Assembly: GCA_035563275.1 (NCBI GenBank)
Contig: DATMVI010000520.1
Location: 1-35,631 of the forward strand
Reading direction: 5' to 3'
Length of the DNA: 35,631 bases
Origin: Pyrinomonadaceae bacterium
GTDB lineage: Bacteria > Acidobacteriota > Blastocatellia > Pyrinomonadales > Pyrinomonadaceae
The notes beneath the pieces were generated by a model, which saw only the letters and a program-made list of their open reading frames with translations, was not told the origin of the DNA and searched no databases. This document shows, piece by piece, positions 17,263 to 25,905 of this stretch (positions are counted from its first letter, which is position 1; each line of letters opens with the position of its first letter). The translations under genes and the position numbers were made by a program.

Positions 17263-17355
17263 CGCGGCGGCGCGCGCGGGGCCGAAACGGCGCGGCGGCG
17301 AGACTTGCCTCGGGCGGCGAAGCGTGATTAAGTTGCTGGAATTTCGGATGAGCTT

Positions 17356-19023
17356 ATGAGCAGATCGAAGAACTGGATCGAACAGACCGCCGACAAGGTC
17401 GAGGAGTTCGCGCGCCAGCGGAAGGGCGACGGCGCGAAGATCGTCTGCGCGTCGGGCATCAGCCCTTCCGGGCCGATTCACCTCGGCAACCTCCGCGAGA
17501 TCATCACCGTCCACCTCGTCACCGAGGAGTTGCGGCGGCGCGGGCGCGAGGCCGAACACATCCACTCGTGGGACGACTTCGACCGCCTGCGCAAAGTGCC
17601 GGCCGGCGTGCCGCAGGAGTTCGCGCAGCACATCGGCCGCCCCATCAGCGACATCCCCGACCCGGCCGGCGAGTACGAGTCTTACGCCATGCGCTTCATG
17701 TCCGAGTTCGAGCGCAGCGTCGCCCGGCTCGGCATCGGCCCGCGCTACGTGCGCCAGTCCGTCGCCTACCGCCGCGGCGACTACCGGGAACAGATCAGGG
17801 TCGCGATGCGGAAGCGGTTCGAGATTTTCGACATCCTCGTCAAGTACCAGACGCCCGGCCGCCACGAGCGGCCCGCCGAGGAGCGCCGCGCCGAGTACTA
17901 CCCCTTCAAGGTTTATTGCGAGGACTGCGGGCGGGACACGACGGTCATCGAAGCCTACGACGACGCGGCCTCGACCGTCTCTTACGCGTGCCAGTTCCGC
18001 GAGTACCGCGGCTCGTTCAGCCTCGGCGAGAAGGTCGCCGGCAAGCTCGTCTGGAAGGTGGACTGGCCGATGCGCTGGAGCTACGAGGCGGTCGACTTCG
18101 AGCCGGGCGGCGAGGATCACTCCGCGCCGGGCAGCAGCTACACCGTCGGCAAGCAGCTCGTGAAGGAAATCTACGGCGGCGCCGCGCCCTACTTCATCGG
18201 CTACGCCTTCGTCGGGCTCGCCGGCCGCTCGAAAATCTCCAGCTCCTTCGGGACGAGCGCGACGCCCGAGGCGGCCTTGGACATCCTCGAGCCGTGCATC
18301 GTCCGCTGGCTCTACATCCGCCGTAACGCCGGGCAGAAGTTCGACATCAACTTCGGGCAGGAGGTGGTGCGCCTCTACGACGAGTGGGACTCGTTCGTCG
18401 CGCGCGTGGCCGCGGGCAAGGCGGACGAGGCCGAACGGCTCGTCTACGAGCGCTGCGTCCGCACGTCCGAGGGCGAGGTGGCGAGGTCGAAGTTGACCAT
18501 CCCCTTTCGCATCCTCAGCTCGGCGGCCGACATCACGCAGGGTAACGTCGAACAGATTCTCCGCATCGCCTCCGACCACCTCGAAGACCCGCCCCCGCGC
18601 GAAGAATTGAGGCGGTCGCTTGAGCCGCGCCTGACCTGCGCCATCAACTGGGCCGTCAACTACCTGCCCGAGGACGAGCGGACGCGCATCAGGTCGGGCC
18701 ACGACCGCGCGACCTACGAGTCGCTCGACGAGGCGCACCGCCGCGGCATCCGGATGCTGCTCGAACGGCTCGACGAGTACTGGAGCCTGCAAGGTCTGAC
18801 GACGCTCGTCTACGGCGTCCCCAAACTCCTCCTCGGCCTGCCCATCGACGCGCCGCCTAGCGAGGAGATCAAGCCGGTGCAGCGCGGCTTCTTCATCGCC
18901 GTCTACCAACTCCTCTGCGGGAGCGACACCGGCCCGCGCCTCCCCACCCTCTTCCTCTCGCTCGGCAAGGAACGCCTGCGGGCGCTCTTAACACCGGGCG
19001 GAGGGGACGGGGAGCAGGCTTAG
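17356..19023 (+). CDS. lysS: lysine--tRNA ligase, class I
   Basis: 555 aa. SGISPSGPIHLGNLREI (class I HIGH-like) and overall class I LysRS organisation, with KISSSFG in the KMSKS position. Confidence 0.85.
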   Translation: MSRSKNWIEQTADKVEEFARQRKGDGAKIVCASGISPSGPIHLGNLREIITVHLVTEELRRRGREAEHIHSWDDFDRLRKVPAGVPQEFAQHIGRPISDIPDPAGEYESYAMRFMSEFERSVARLGIGPRYVRQSVAYRRGDYREQIRVAMRKRFEIFDILVKYQTPGRHERPAEERRAEYYPFKVYCEDCGRDTTVIEAYDDAASTVSYACQFREYRGSFSLGEKVAGKLVWKVDWPMRWSYEAVDFEPGGEDHSAPGSSYTVGKQLVKEIYGGAAPYFIGYAFVGLAGRSKISSSFGTSATPEAALDILEPCIVRWLYIRRNAGQKFDINFGQEVVRLYDEWDSFVARVAAGKADEAERLVYERCVRTSEGEVARSKLTIPFRILSSAADITQGNVEQILRIASDHLEDPPPREELRRSLEPRLTCAINWAVNYLPEDERTRIRSGHDRATYESLDEAHRRGIRMLLERLDEYWSLQGLTTLVYGVPKLLLGLPIDAPPSEEIKPVQRGFFIAVYQLLCGSDTGPRLPTLFLSLGKERLRALLTPGGGDGEQA

Positions 19024-19092
19024 GGCGGCATCGCCTGCCTGAGTCTCGGCCGACGCTCGATTTAACGCGGGGTTCGCGGAGCGAGCGCGGGG

Positions 19093-20142
19093 CTACCCGC
19101 CGGCCTCCCCTTCCTCCGCGGGCTTCCTCATGCGCGCCGAGACTTTGCTGCCGTGCTTGTCGGCCTTGACGGTGATGCGCTGGACGTAGACCCGGGTCGT
19201 CGCCGCGTTCTCGTGATCCAAAGCCTCCTGCGCTTCCAGATAACTGCCGGTCTCCTCGGCGACGATGCGCGCGTAGGTGTGACGCGTCTGGTGGACGTGG
19301 ACGTGGCCGATGCCGGCCTCCGCCGCGTAGAGCTTGAGGTTCTCGGCGAAGGAGCGCGACGAGAGCGGCGCGCCCGGCTTGCCGGCGCGGTCGTGGCGCG
19401 TCCAGAGCGGGCGGGGCGAGCCGAGCACGTCCTCGCGCCCCGCCGCCCTGAGGTAGGCGACCAGCGCCTCGTAGGCCGCCGCATCGCCCACCTCGCGGCC
19501 GACGAACTTCCCGCCTTTGCGCCGGTACTTGATGACGAGCCGGCCGCCCGCGCGTTCGAGGTCGCTGCCCCTGAGCGAGATCACCTCGCTGCGGCGCAGG
19601 CCCGTCAGGAAGAAGAAGAGCAGCAGCGCGTAGTCGCGCTTGCCGACGACCGAGCCGGCCTCGGCCCGCGCGCGCGCGGCGTCGAGCAGGCGGTTCATCT
19701 CGTCGTCGGAGAGCGCCTTCGTCAGCTCCGACTGGTAGGGTCGCGGGTAGCGCGGGCGGGCCTGCGCCGCGGGGTTGGCGCGGATGTGCGCGGAGAGTTG
19801 CGGGTCGCTCATCAGCCAGCGGTAGAAGGCCGAGACGCGCGAGACGCGCGCGTAGACGGTGGCCGGCTTGAGGCCGCGCGCCTCCATGTCGGCGCGCCAG
19901 CGCGCCACGTCCTCCGGCCCCACGTCGCCGGGGTGCTTGGCCGCGAACTCGAAGAAGTTGACGACGGCCTGCACCTTGTCGCGCAGCTTGTCGCGGCGGT
20001 CTAAGGTCTCGGGGCGCGTGTTGGCGTCGGCCCAGAGCGTGACGGCGCGGCGCAGCGCCTCGGCCGAGTCGCGCGCGGCGAGGGCGTTCGTGGCCGGCGT
20101 GGCCCCGCCCTCAGACTCGCGCCCGCTCTCGTCCGTCATCAT
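19093..20142 (-). CDS. tyrosine-type site-specific recombinase/integrase
   Basis: 349 aa. N-terminal SAM-like core-binding region. Catalytic-domain motifs: GLRRSEV (Arg I), HQTRHTYA (His-x-x-Arg), HENAATTRVYV (His/Tyr). Confidence 0.85.
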   Translation of the reverse strand: MMTDESGRESEGGATPATNALAARDSAEALRRAVTLWADANTRPETLDRRDKLRDKVQAVVNFFEFAAKHPGDVGPEDVARWRADMEARGLKPATVYARVSRVSAFYRWLMSDPQLSAHIRANPAAQARPRYPRPYQSELTKALSDDEMNRLLDAARARAEAGSVVGKRDYALLLFFFLTGLRRSEVISLRGSDLERAGGRLVIKYRRKGGKFVGREVGDAAAYEALVAYLRAAGREDVLGSPRPLWTRHDRAGKPGAPLSSRSFAENLKLYAAEAGIGHVHVHQTRHTYARIVAEETGSYLEAQEALDHENAATTRVYVQRITVKADKHGSKVSARMRKPAEEGEAGG

Positions 20143-20393
20143 GCGCCGACTCTAGCACGCCTCCCACCGACCGTCGAGACGGCTCCCGTTGTCGGCGAAG
20201 CCGCCCGGCCGGGAAATTTTTTCGGGAACTTTTCCGGCCCCCTCAAGGAAATGTCAGTGTCCGCCACGGAACCCGCCGGCGGGCGTCACTCGACTACCGT
20301 GGGCTTCGTCTGCGCGCGCGCTGCGGCACGCGCGGCGGCGGCGGTGTGTCCGGGGCCGGGTACTCATACGGAAAAACGGGAGGACTGTTTGGC

Positions 20394-21326
20394 ATGTCGA
20401 GCTTAGGCAGGAGTCTGTTCGTGTTGGCCTTCGCGCTCGCGGGCTGGGGCCACGCCGCGGGCGGCGCGGGGGCGGCGACTTCGCGCGCCGAAGAGGTGTT
20501 GGCGAAGGCGCGCGCGGCCGTCGGCGGCGCGGAGAAGGTTCGCGGGGTGCGCGGCCTCACCATCAAGGGCAAGTACCGCCGCGTCATCGGCGAGCGCGAC
20601 ACCTCGGGCGAGAACGAAGTCGACCTCCTCCTGCCGGACAAGTTCATGCGGACGGAGTCGTTCGCCATCCCCGGCATGGGGACGAGCGTCTCGAACACGC
20701 GCGCCCTCAACGGCGCGGAGTTCTGGTCGGACGGGGGCGGGCGGCGCGGCGGCAACATGATCGTGCTGCGCGGCGACGGGCGCGAGCTGACGAAGGAGGA
20801 GCTGGAGGAGGCGCAGAAGCGTCAGGCGAAGATGCTGCGCGCCGAGATGGCCCGCCTCGTGCTCGCCCTGCTGCTCACGCCGCCCGACGACTTCCCCCTC
20901 CAGTTCGCCTACGTCGGCGAGGCCACGGCCGACGACGGCAGCGCCGAGGTGCTCGACGCCACCGGCCCCGAAGGCTTCGCCGCGCGACTCTTCATAGACA
21001 AGCAGACGCACCTGCCGCTGATGCTCACCTACCGCGCGCCCAAGCCGCGCATGATGATGCTGACCATCACCGGCGGCGGGCACAATTCGGGCAAGAAGCC
21101 CGAGGAGCTGGAGAAGGAGGCGCGCGAGAAGTTGAAGCAGCAGGCCGAGGCCCCGCCCGAAGAGGTCGAGATGCAGTGGCGCTTCTCGGACTACAAAGAG
21201 GCCGGCGGGTTGAAACTCCCTCACACGATCTCGATGGGCCCCGAGGGCGAGACCAACGAGGAGTGGGAGATCAAGTCTTACGCCGTCAACCCGCAGTTCA
21301 GGGCCGACAAGTTCCAGAAGAAGTAA
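20394..21326 (+). CDS. secreted hypothetical protein (LolA/sorting-protein-like size), partner of the downstream receptor
   Basis: The ATG at 20394 is preceded by gggagga and gives 310 aa starting MSSLGRSLFVLAFALAGWGHAAG (signal peptide). A 19-nt gap separates it from the next gene. Confidence 0.55.
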   Translation: MSSLGRSLFVLAFALAGWGHAAGGAGAATSRAEEVLAKARAAVGGAEKVRGVRGLTIKGKYRRVIGERDTSGENEVDLLLPDKFMRTESFAIPGMGTSVSNTRALNGAEFWSDGGGRRGGNMIVLRGDGRELTKEELEEAQKRQAKMLRAEMARLVLALLLTPPDDFPLQFAYVGEATADDGSAEVLDATGPEGFAARLFIDKQTHLPLMLTYRAPKPRMMMLTITGGGHNSGKKPEELEKEAREKLKQQAEAPPEEVEMQWRFSDYKEAGGLKLPHTISMGPEGETNEEWEIKSYAVNPQFRADKFQKK

Positions 21327-21345
21327 GCCCGAAAGGTAAAGTCAC

Positions 21346-23967
21346 ATGGCCCGACACGGATTCAACGTCCGCGCGCTCTCGGTGTGTCTCGCCGCGCTCC
21401 TGCTCGCCTCGCCCGCCGCCTTCGCGCAGGGCGGCGGCGCGGCGGCCCTGAAGGTCGTCGTCCTTGACCCGAACGGCGCGGCCGTCCCCGGCGCGCGCGT
21501 CTCTCTGCGCGCGGGGGCCGGCGACGAGGTCAGCGCGCGCGCCGACGAGCGCGGCGAGGCCACGTTAACGAGGCTGCGGCCCGGCGCGGCCCGCGTGACC
21601 GTCGAGGCCGAGGGCTTCGAGCCTCGGGTGCTCGAAGAGTTCACGCTCGCGGCCGGCGCCAACCGGGCGGAGGTGCGGCTCGAAGTCGCCGCGCTGAAGG
21701 AGGAGTTGGAGGTCGCGCCCGACGAGCGGGGCCGGAACCTCGACCCGCGCGGCCCGGCTTTCTCGAACGTGCTCACGGCCGAAGACCTCGCGCAGTTGCC
21801 CGACGACCCGGAAGAGTTCGAGGCGGCTTTGAACCAGCTCGCCGGCCCCGGCGCGAACTTCCGCGTCAACGGCTTCCGCGGCGGCAGGCTCCCGCCCAAA
21901 AACCAGATTCGCGAAATCCGCTTCCGCCGCAACCCCTACGCGGCCGAGAACCACGAGCGCGGCTTCGTCTCCGTTGACTTGTTCACCAAGCCCGGCGCCG
22001 GCGAGTGGCACGGGGCCGTCGGCCTCGGCTTCCGCGACGAGTCGCTCAACGCGCGCCCGGCCTTCGCCGCCTTCCGCGGCCCCGAACAACTCCGCCGCTT
22101 CGACTTCACGCTCGACGGCCCCGTCTGGAAGAACCGCACCTCAGTCTTCCTCGCCGCCGAGGGCAACAGCACATACGACTCGAAGACCATCGTCGCCGCG
22201 CTGCCCTCGGGGCGCTTCGACGACCTCGTGCTGCGCCCCTCGCGCAAGCTCAACGTCTCGGCGCGCGCCGAGCACGCGATTGATAAGGTTCACTCGCTGC
22301 GGGCCGAGTACCAGCGCAACGCCGCGCGGCAGGACAACCTCGGCGTCGGCGACTTCGACCTGCCGGAGCGCGCCTACACGCTCGATCAGGCCGAGCACAT
22401 CTTCCGCCTCTCCGAGTCCGGCGTCTTCGCCAAGCGCTTCCTCAACGAGCTGCGCTTTCAGGCGCGCTGGCAGGAGCGCGAGACGCGCGCGGCCGGCGAC
22501 GCGCCCGCGCTCTTCGTCAACGGGGCCTTCAACGGCGGCGGCGCGCTCACGCGCGGGGCGCGGCGCGCGCTCGAATTCGAGCTGGCCGATAACGTGGACT
22601 TCTCCACCGAGAAGCACTCGATGCGCGCCGGCATCGAACTCGAAGCCGCGCGCTACCGCAGCGACGAGACGACCAACCCGGCCGGCGTCTTCACCTTCGC
22701 CGGCCTCGCGGAGTTCGCGGCCGGGCGCCCCACCACCTTCTCGCGGCGCGTGGGCGACCCGCTGCTGTCGTTCTCGCAATACCAGTTCGCGTGGTACTGG
22801 CAGGACGACTGGCGCGCGCACAGGAACTTCATGCTCAGCTACGGCGTGCGCCACGAGATGCAGACGCACCTCTCCGACCGCGCCAACCTCGCGCCGCGCG
22901 TCGGCCTCGCGTGGACGCCGACGAAGTCCGGCGCGGTGACCGTCCGCGCCGGGGCCGGACTCTTTTACGACTGGTTCGAGTCGTCAACCTACGAACAGAC
23001 GCTCAGGGTTGACGGGCTGCGGCAGCGCGACTTCGTCGTGCTCGGCCCCGGCTTCCCCGACCCGCTCGACGGCGGCACGGGCCTCGCCCTCCCGCCGGGC
23101 CGCATTCAGGCCGACCCCGAATTGGTGATGCCCTCGGTCTGGATGGCCTCGGCCGGCGTGGACGTGCGGCCGTCGAAGTGGTTCCGGCTCGGCGCGGACT
23201 ACCGCTTCGAGCGCGGGCTGCACCTGCTCCGGGGCCGCAACGTCAACGCGCCGCTCGCCGGCGCGGGGCGGCCCGACCCGGCCTTCGGCAACGTCACGCA
23301 GATCGAGTCGTCGGCCAGCTCGACGACGCACGGCCTGATGCTTCACCTCTCGCCGGGCAGCATCACGAACGGCTTCTTCTGGTCGGCGATGTACAGGTAC
23401 TTTCACTCCCTGAGCGACACGGCCGGGCCGCTCGCGCTGCCGGCCGACAACTTCGACCTGCGCGGCGAGTGGGGGCCGGCGCCGACCGACGTGCGCCACG
23501 TCTTCTCGGCCATGCTCAGCCGGAAGCTCCCGCGCGGCTTCACGCTCGGCCTGATGTTCGGCGCCAGCTCGGCCCCGCCCTACAACGTCACGACCGGCTT
23601 CGACGACAACGGCGACACGGTGAGCAACGACCGCCCCGCGGGCGTCCGCCGCAACAGCGAGCGCGGGTCGGGGCGCGCGGAGTTGAGCGCGCGGCTCGGC
23701 TGGGGCTTCGGCTTCGGCGGCGACCGCCAGCCCTCGACGCAGGGCGGGCCCGTGATGATCCGCGTCGGCGGCGACGCCGGCCCGCCCGCGCTCCCCGGCG
23801 CTTCGACCAAGCGCTTCCGCCTCGACCTCTACGCGCAGTTCTTCAACCTGCTCAACCACACGAACCTGACCAACTACGCCGGCGTCCGGACCTCGCCCTT
23901 CTTCGGGCAGGCAACGGCCGCGCTCCCCGGTCGCCGCGTCGAGACGGGCCTGCGGTTCAGTTTCTAA
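21346..23967 (+). CDS. TonB-dependent-receptor-like outer membrane protein with N-terminal carboxypeptidase-regulatory-like domain
   Basis: 873 aa. Signal peptide, then LKVVVLDPNGAAVPGARVSL (CarboxypepD_reg type), a long beta-barrel region and terminal ...GLRFSF. Confidence 0.8.
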   Translation: MARHGFNVRALSVCLAALLLASPAAFAQGGGAAALKVVVLDPNGAAVPGARVSLRAGAGDEVSARADERGEATLTRLRPGAARVTVEAEGFEPRVLEEFTLAAGANRAEVRLEVAALKEELEVAPDERGRNLDPRGPAFSNVLTAEDLAQLPDDPEEFEAALNQLAGPGANFRVNGFRGGRLPPKNQIREIRFRRNPYAAENHERGFVSVDLFTKPGAGEWHGAVGLGFRDESLNARPAFAAFRGPEQLRRFDFTLDGPVWKNRTSVFLAAEGNSTYDSKTIVAALPSGRFDDLVLRPSRKLNVSARAEHAIDKVHSLRAEYQRNAARQDNLGVGDFDLPERAYTLDQAEHIFRLSESGVFAKRFLNELRFQARWQERETRAAGDAPALFVNGAFNGGGALTRGARRALEFELADNVDFSTEKHSMRAGIELEAARYRSDETTNPAGVFTFAGLAEFAAGRPTTFSRRVGDPLLSFSQYQFAWYWQDDWRAHRNFMLSYGVRHEMQTHLSDRANLAPRVGLAWTPTKSGAVTVRAGAGLFYDWFESSTYEQTLRVDGLRQRDFVVLGPGFPDPLDGGTGLALPPGRIQADPELVMPSVWMASAGVDVRPSKWFRLGADYRFERGLHLLRGRNVNAPLAGAGRPDPAFGNVTQIESSASSTTHGLMLHLSPGSITNGFFWSAMYRYFHSLSDTAGPLALPADNFDLRGEWGPAPTDVRHVFSAMLSRKLPRGFTLGLMFGASSAPPYNVTTGFDDNGDTVSNDRPAGVRRNSERGSGRAELSARLGWGFGFGGDRQPSTQGGPVMIRVGGDAGPPALPGASTKRFRLDLYAQFFNLLNHTNLTNYAGVRTSPFFGQATAALPGRRVETGLRFSF

Positions 23968-23976
23968 TACGAAAAT

Positions 23977-25701
23977 TCACTCCGCCCCCGAGCCCGCGCT
24001 CTGCCGCTCGACTTTGTAAAGCTGCCAGCGGCCGGGGACGGCGTCGAAGACCTCCGCGCCGCGCTCCTCGAAGCGCAGCCCCGAGCCGGCCACGAGGTCT
24101 TTGACCGTCTGCGAGACGAGCACCTCGCCCGGCCCGGCGCGTTCGCTCACCCCGCGGCCGATCTCCGCCGCCGGCCCGCCGACGCGGTCGCCTTCGAGCA
24201 GGTCGCACTCGCCCGTGTGCAGCCCGGCCCGCACCTCTAGGCCGAGCCGCGCGGCGTGCTCGACGACGGCGCACGCGCAGCGGATGGCGCGCGCCGGGCC
24301 GTCGAAGGCGGCGAGCGGCCCCTCGCCCGTCGCGTCCACCTCGCGCCCGCGGAACCAAACGACCTCGCGACTGACCTGCGCGCGGAAGCGTTCGAGCGAC
24401 TCGCGCCGGCGCCCGGCCCCCGGCCCCGCCGCCCGCCGCGGCGCGTCCGTGATGCGCGTGAAGAGGAGGGTTGCCAGCACGCGCTCCGGCCCCGGCTTGT
24501 GCCGGACGCCCGTCAGGAACCCTTCGATCTCGTCGAGAAGCTCATCCTGCTCGCCGACGAACGGCAGATGGTCTTCGCCCCGCAGCTCGACGTACTTGGC
24601 CCCCGGAATCAGACCCGCCACGTAGCGCCCCTCCTCGACCTTCAGGCAGCGGTCGCCGTCGCGGTGCAGCACCAGCGTCGGCACGCGCACCGTCGGCAGG
24701 ACGCTGCGCACGTCAACCTCGGCGTTCATCCGCGTGAGCGCGACGGCCGCGCCGGGGCTGGCCCCCATCCGCAGGTAGGTGGCCCACCACTCGCGGAAGC
24801 GCGGGTCGGCGGCCCGGCTCGGCGCGCGCTCCTCCAGCCCGACGGGGCCGCCCCAGTGCTCCCGCATCTCCTCGAAGAAGCGCTCGCGCGCCTCGGTCGT
24901 CGGCGCCCACGGGTAGTCCGCGGCCCGGGTGCGCTTGGCGTAGGTTCCGATCATGACGAGCGCCGCCGTGCGCTCGGGGTAGGTCGCGGCGAAGAGCGCC
25001 GACATCGGCCCGCCCTCGGAGACGCCGACGAGCGCGGCGCGCTCCGAGCCGGCCGCCTCCATCACGCAGCGCACGTCGTCCATCCGCTGTTCGAGCGTCG
25101 GCAGCTCGTTCAGGGGCACGCGGTCGGACAATCCCGTCCCGCGCTTGTCGAACAGGATGAGCCGCGAGAAGGAGGCGAGCCGGCGCAGGAAGCTTGAGAA
25201 CGACTCCTCCTTCCAGAAGTATTCGAGGTGCGAGACCCAGCCCATGACGAAGACCACGTCGAGCGGGCCGTCGCCGACGACCTGATAGGCGATGTTCACG
25301 TCGCCGCTGCGCGTGTAGTGCGTCTCGGGCGGCGCTTCGACGCGCGCGCCGCCCTCCCCCGCCGCGCCCTCATCCGCATGGCGAATCTCCACGCGTGGAG
25401 TGAATTTGTAGCCGCGGCGCGGGACGGTCTCGATGTACTGCCCGCCGCCTTCGGGCTCGCCGAGGATTTTCCTCAGCGTGTAGACGTGCTGCGTGAGGTT
25501 GCCGTCGTCGACGAACTGCTCGGGCCAGACGCGCCGCATCAGCTCGTCTTTGCCGACGGTGCTGCCGCCGCGTTCGACGAGCGCGAGCAGCACCTCGAAA
25601 GCCTTCTGCGTGAGCGGCACGGCGACGCCGTCGCGCAGCAGCGTGCGCTCGTCGGCGTCCACGCGGAAGCGTCCGAATTCGTAGGCGCGGGTCTGCGGCA
25701 T
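23977..25701 (-). CDS. three-domain regulator: CadC/OmpR-type winged-helix DNA-binding domain + alpha/beta hydrolase + class III nucleotidyl cyclase-like domain (metal ligands substituted)
   Basis: YEFGRFRVDADERTLLRDGVAVPLTQKAFEVLLALV (trans_reg_C). Hydrolase nucleophile elbow GVSEGG. The cyclase-like C-terminus has LATLLFTRITD and ATGEGPLA where active cyclases have FTDIVGST and TTGDG. The start is preferred at 25701 (cggagacg RBS); the alternative ATG at 25752 would place an AT-rich tandem repeat inside the gene. Confidence 0.75.
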   Translation of the reverse strand: MPQTRAYEFGRFRVDADERTLLRDGVAVPLTQKAFEVLLALVERGGSTVGKDELMRRVWPEQFVDDGNLTQHVYTLRKILGEPEGGGQYIETVPRRGYKFTPRVEIRHADEGAAGEGGARVEAPPETHYTRSGDVNIAYQVVGDGPLDVVFVMGWVSHLEYFWKEESFSSFLRRLASFSRLILFDKRGTGLSDRVPLNELPTLEQRMDDVRCVMEAAGSERAALVGVSEGGPMSALFAATYPERTAALVMIGTYAKRTRAADYPWAPTTEARERFFEEMREHWGGPVGLEERAPSRAADPRFREWWATYLRMGASPGAAVALTRMNAEVDVRSVLPTVRVPTLVLHRDGDRCLKVEEGRYVAGLIPGAKYVELRGEDHLPFVGEQDELLDEIEGFLTGVRHKPGPERVLATLLFTRITDAPRRAAGPGAGRRRESLERFRAQVSREVVWFRGREVDATGEGPLAAFDGPARAIRCACAVVEHAARLGLEVRAGLHTGECDLLEGDRVGGPAAEIGRGVSERAGPGEVLVSQTVKDLVAGSGLRFEERGAEVFDAVPGRWQLYKVERQSAGSGAE

Positions 25702-25711
25702 CGTCTCCGAA

Positions 25712-25738
25712 TTGAGAACTATTTGAGAACTATTTGAG
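25712..25738 (-). promoter_or_regulatory. tandem 11-bp direct repeat (TTGAGAACTAT x2.5) immediately upstream of the regulator gene
   Basis: ttgagaactat ttgagaactat ttgag. It has one-helical-turn periodicity and lies 11-37 nt upstream of the ATG at 25701. Confidence 0.45.
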
Positions 25739-25844
25739 CGGCGGGCGCGCACCGCGAAGGCCGCCGCCTGCGCGTTTGTAAAGGCAACCGCTGCCTGCGA
25801 GGTCAGGCGCGGCGCTGCGGCAGGGGCCGATTATACAGCATCAG

Positions 25845-25888
25845 GCGCGCGCGAACGCGCCGCGACACAAAAGCGCGCGCGAACGCGC
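25845..25888 (+). repeat. two copies of a 16-nt direct repeat gcgcgcgcgaacgcgc upstream of the methyltransferase gene
   Basis: Copies at 25845-25860 and 25873-25888, just upstream of RBS gaaggagga and the ATG at 25906. Confidence 0.5.
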
Positions 25889-25905
25889 GGCGAAGGAGGA
25901 ATGAT

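Noticed and set aside
19024-19092. attachment site or tRNA next to the integrase
   Set aside because: No tRNA-like structure is present, and I could find no matching direct repeat elsewhere in the window. The boundary remains hypothetical.
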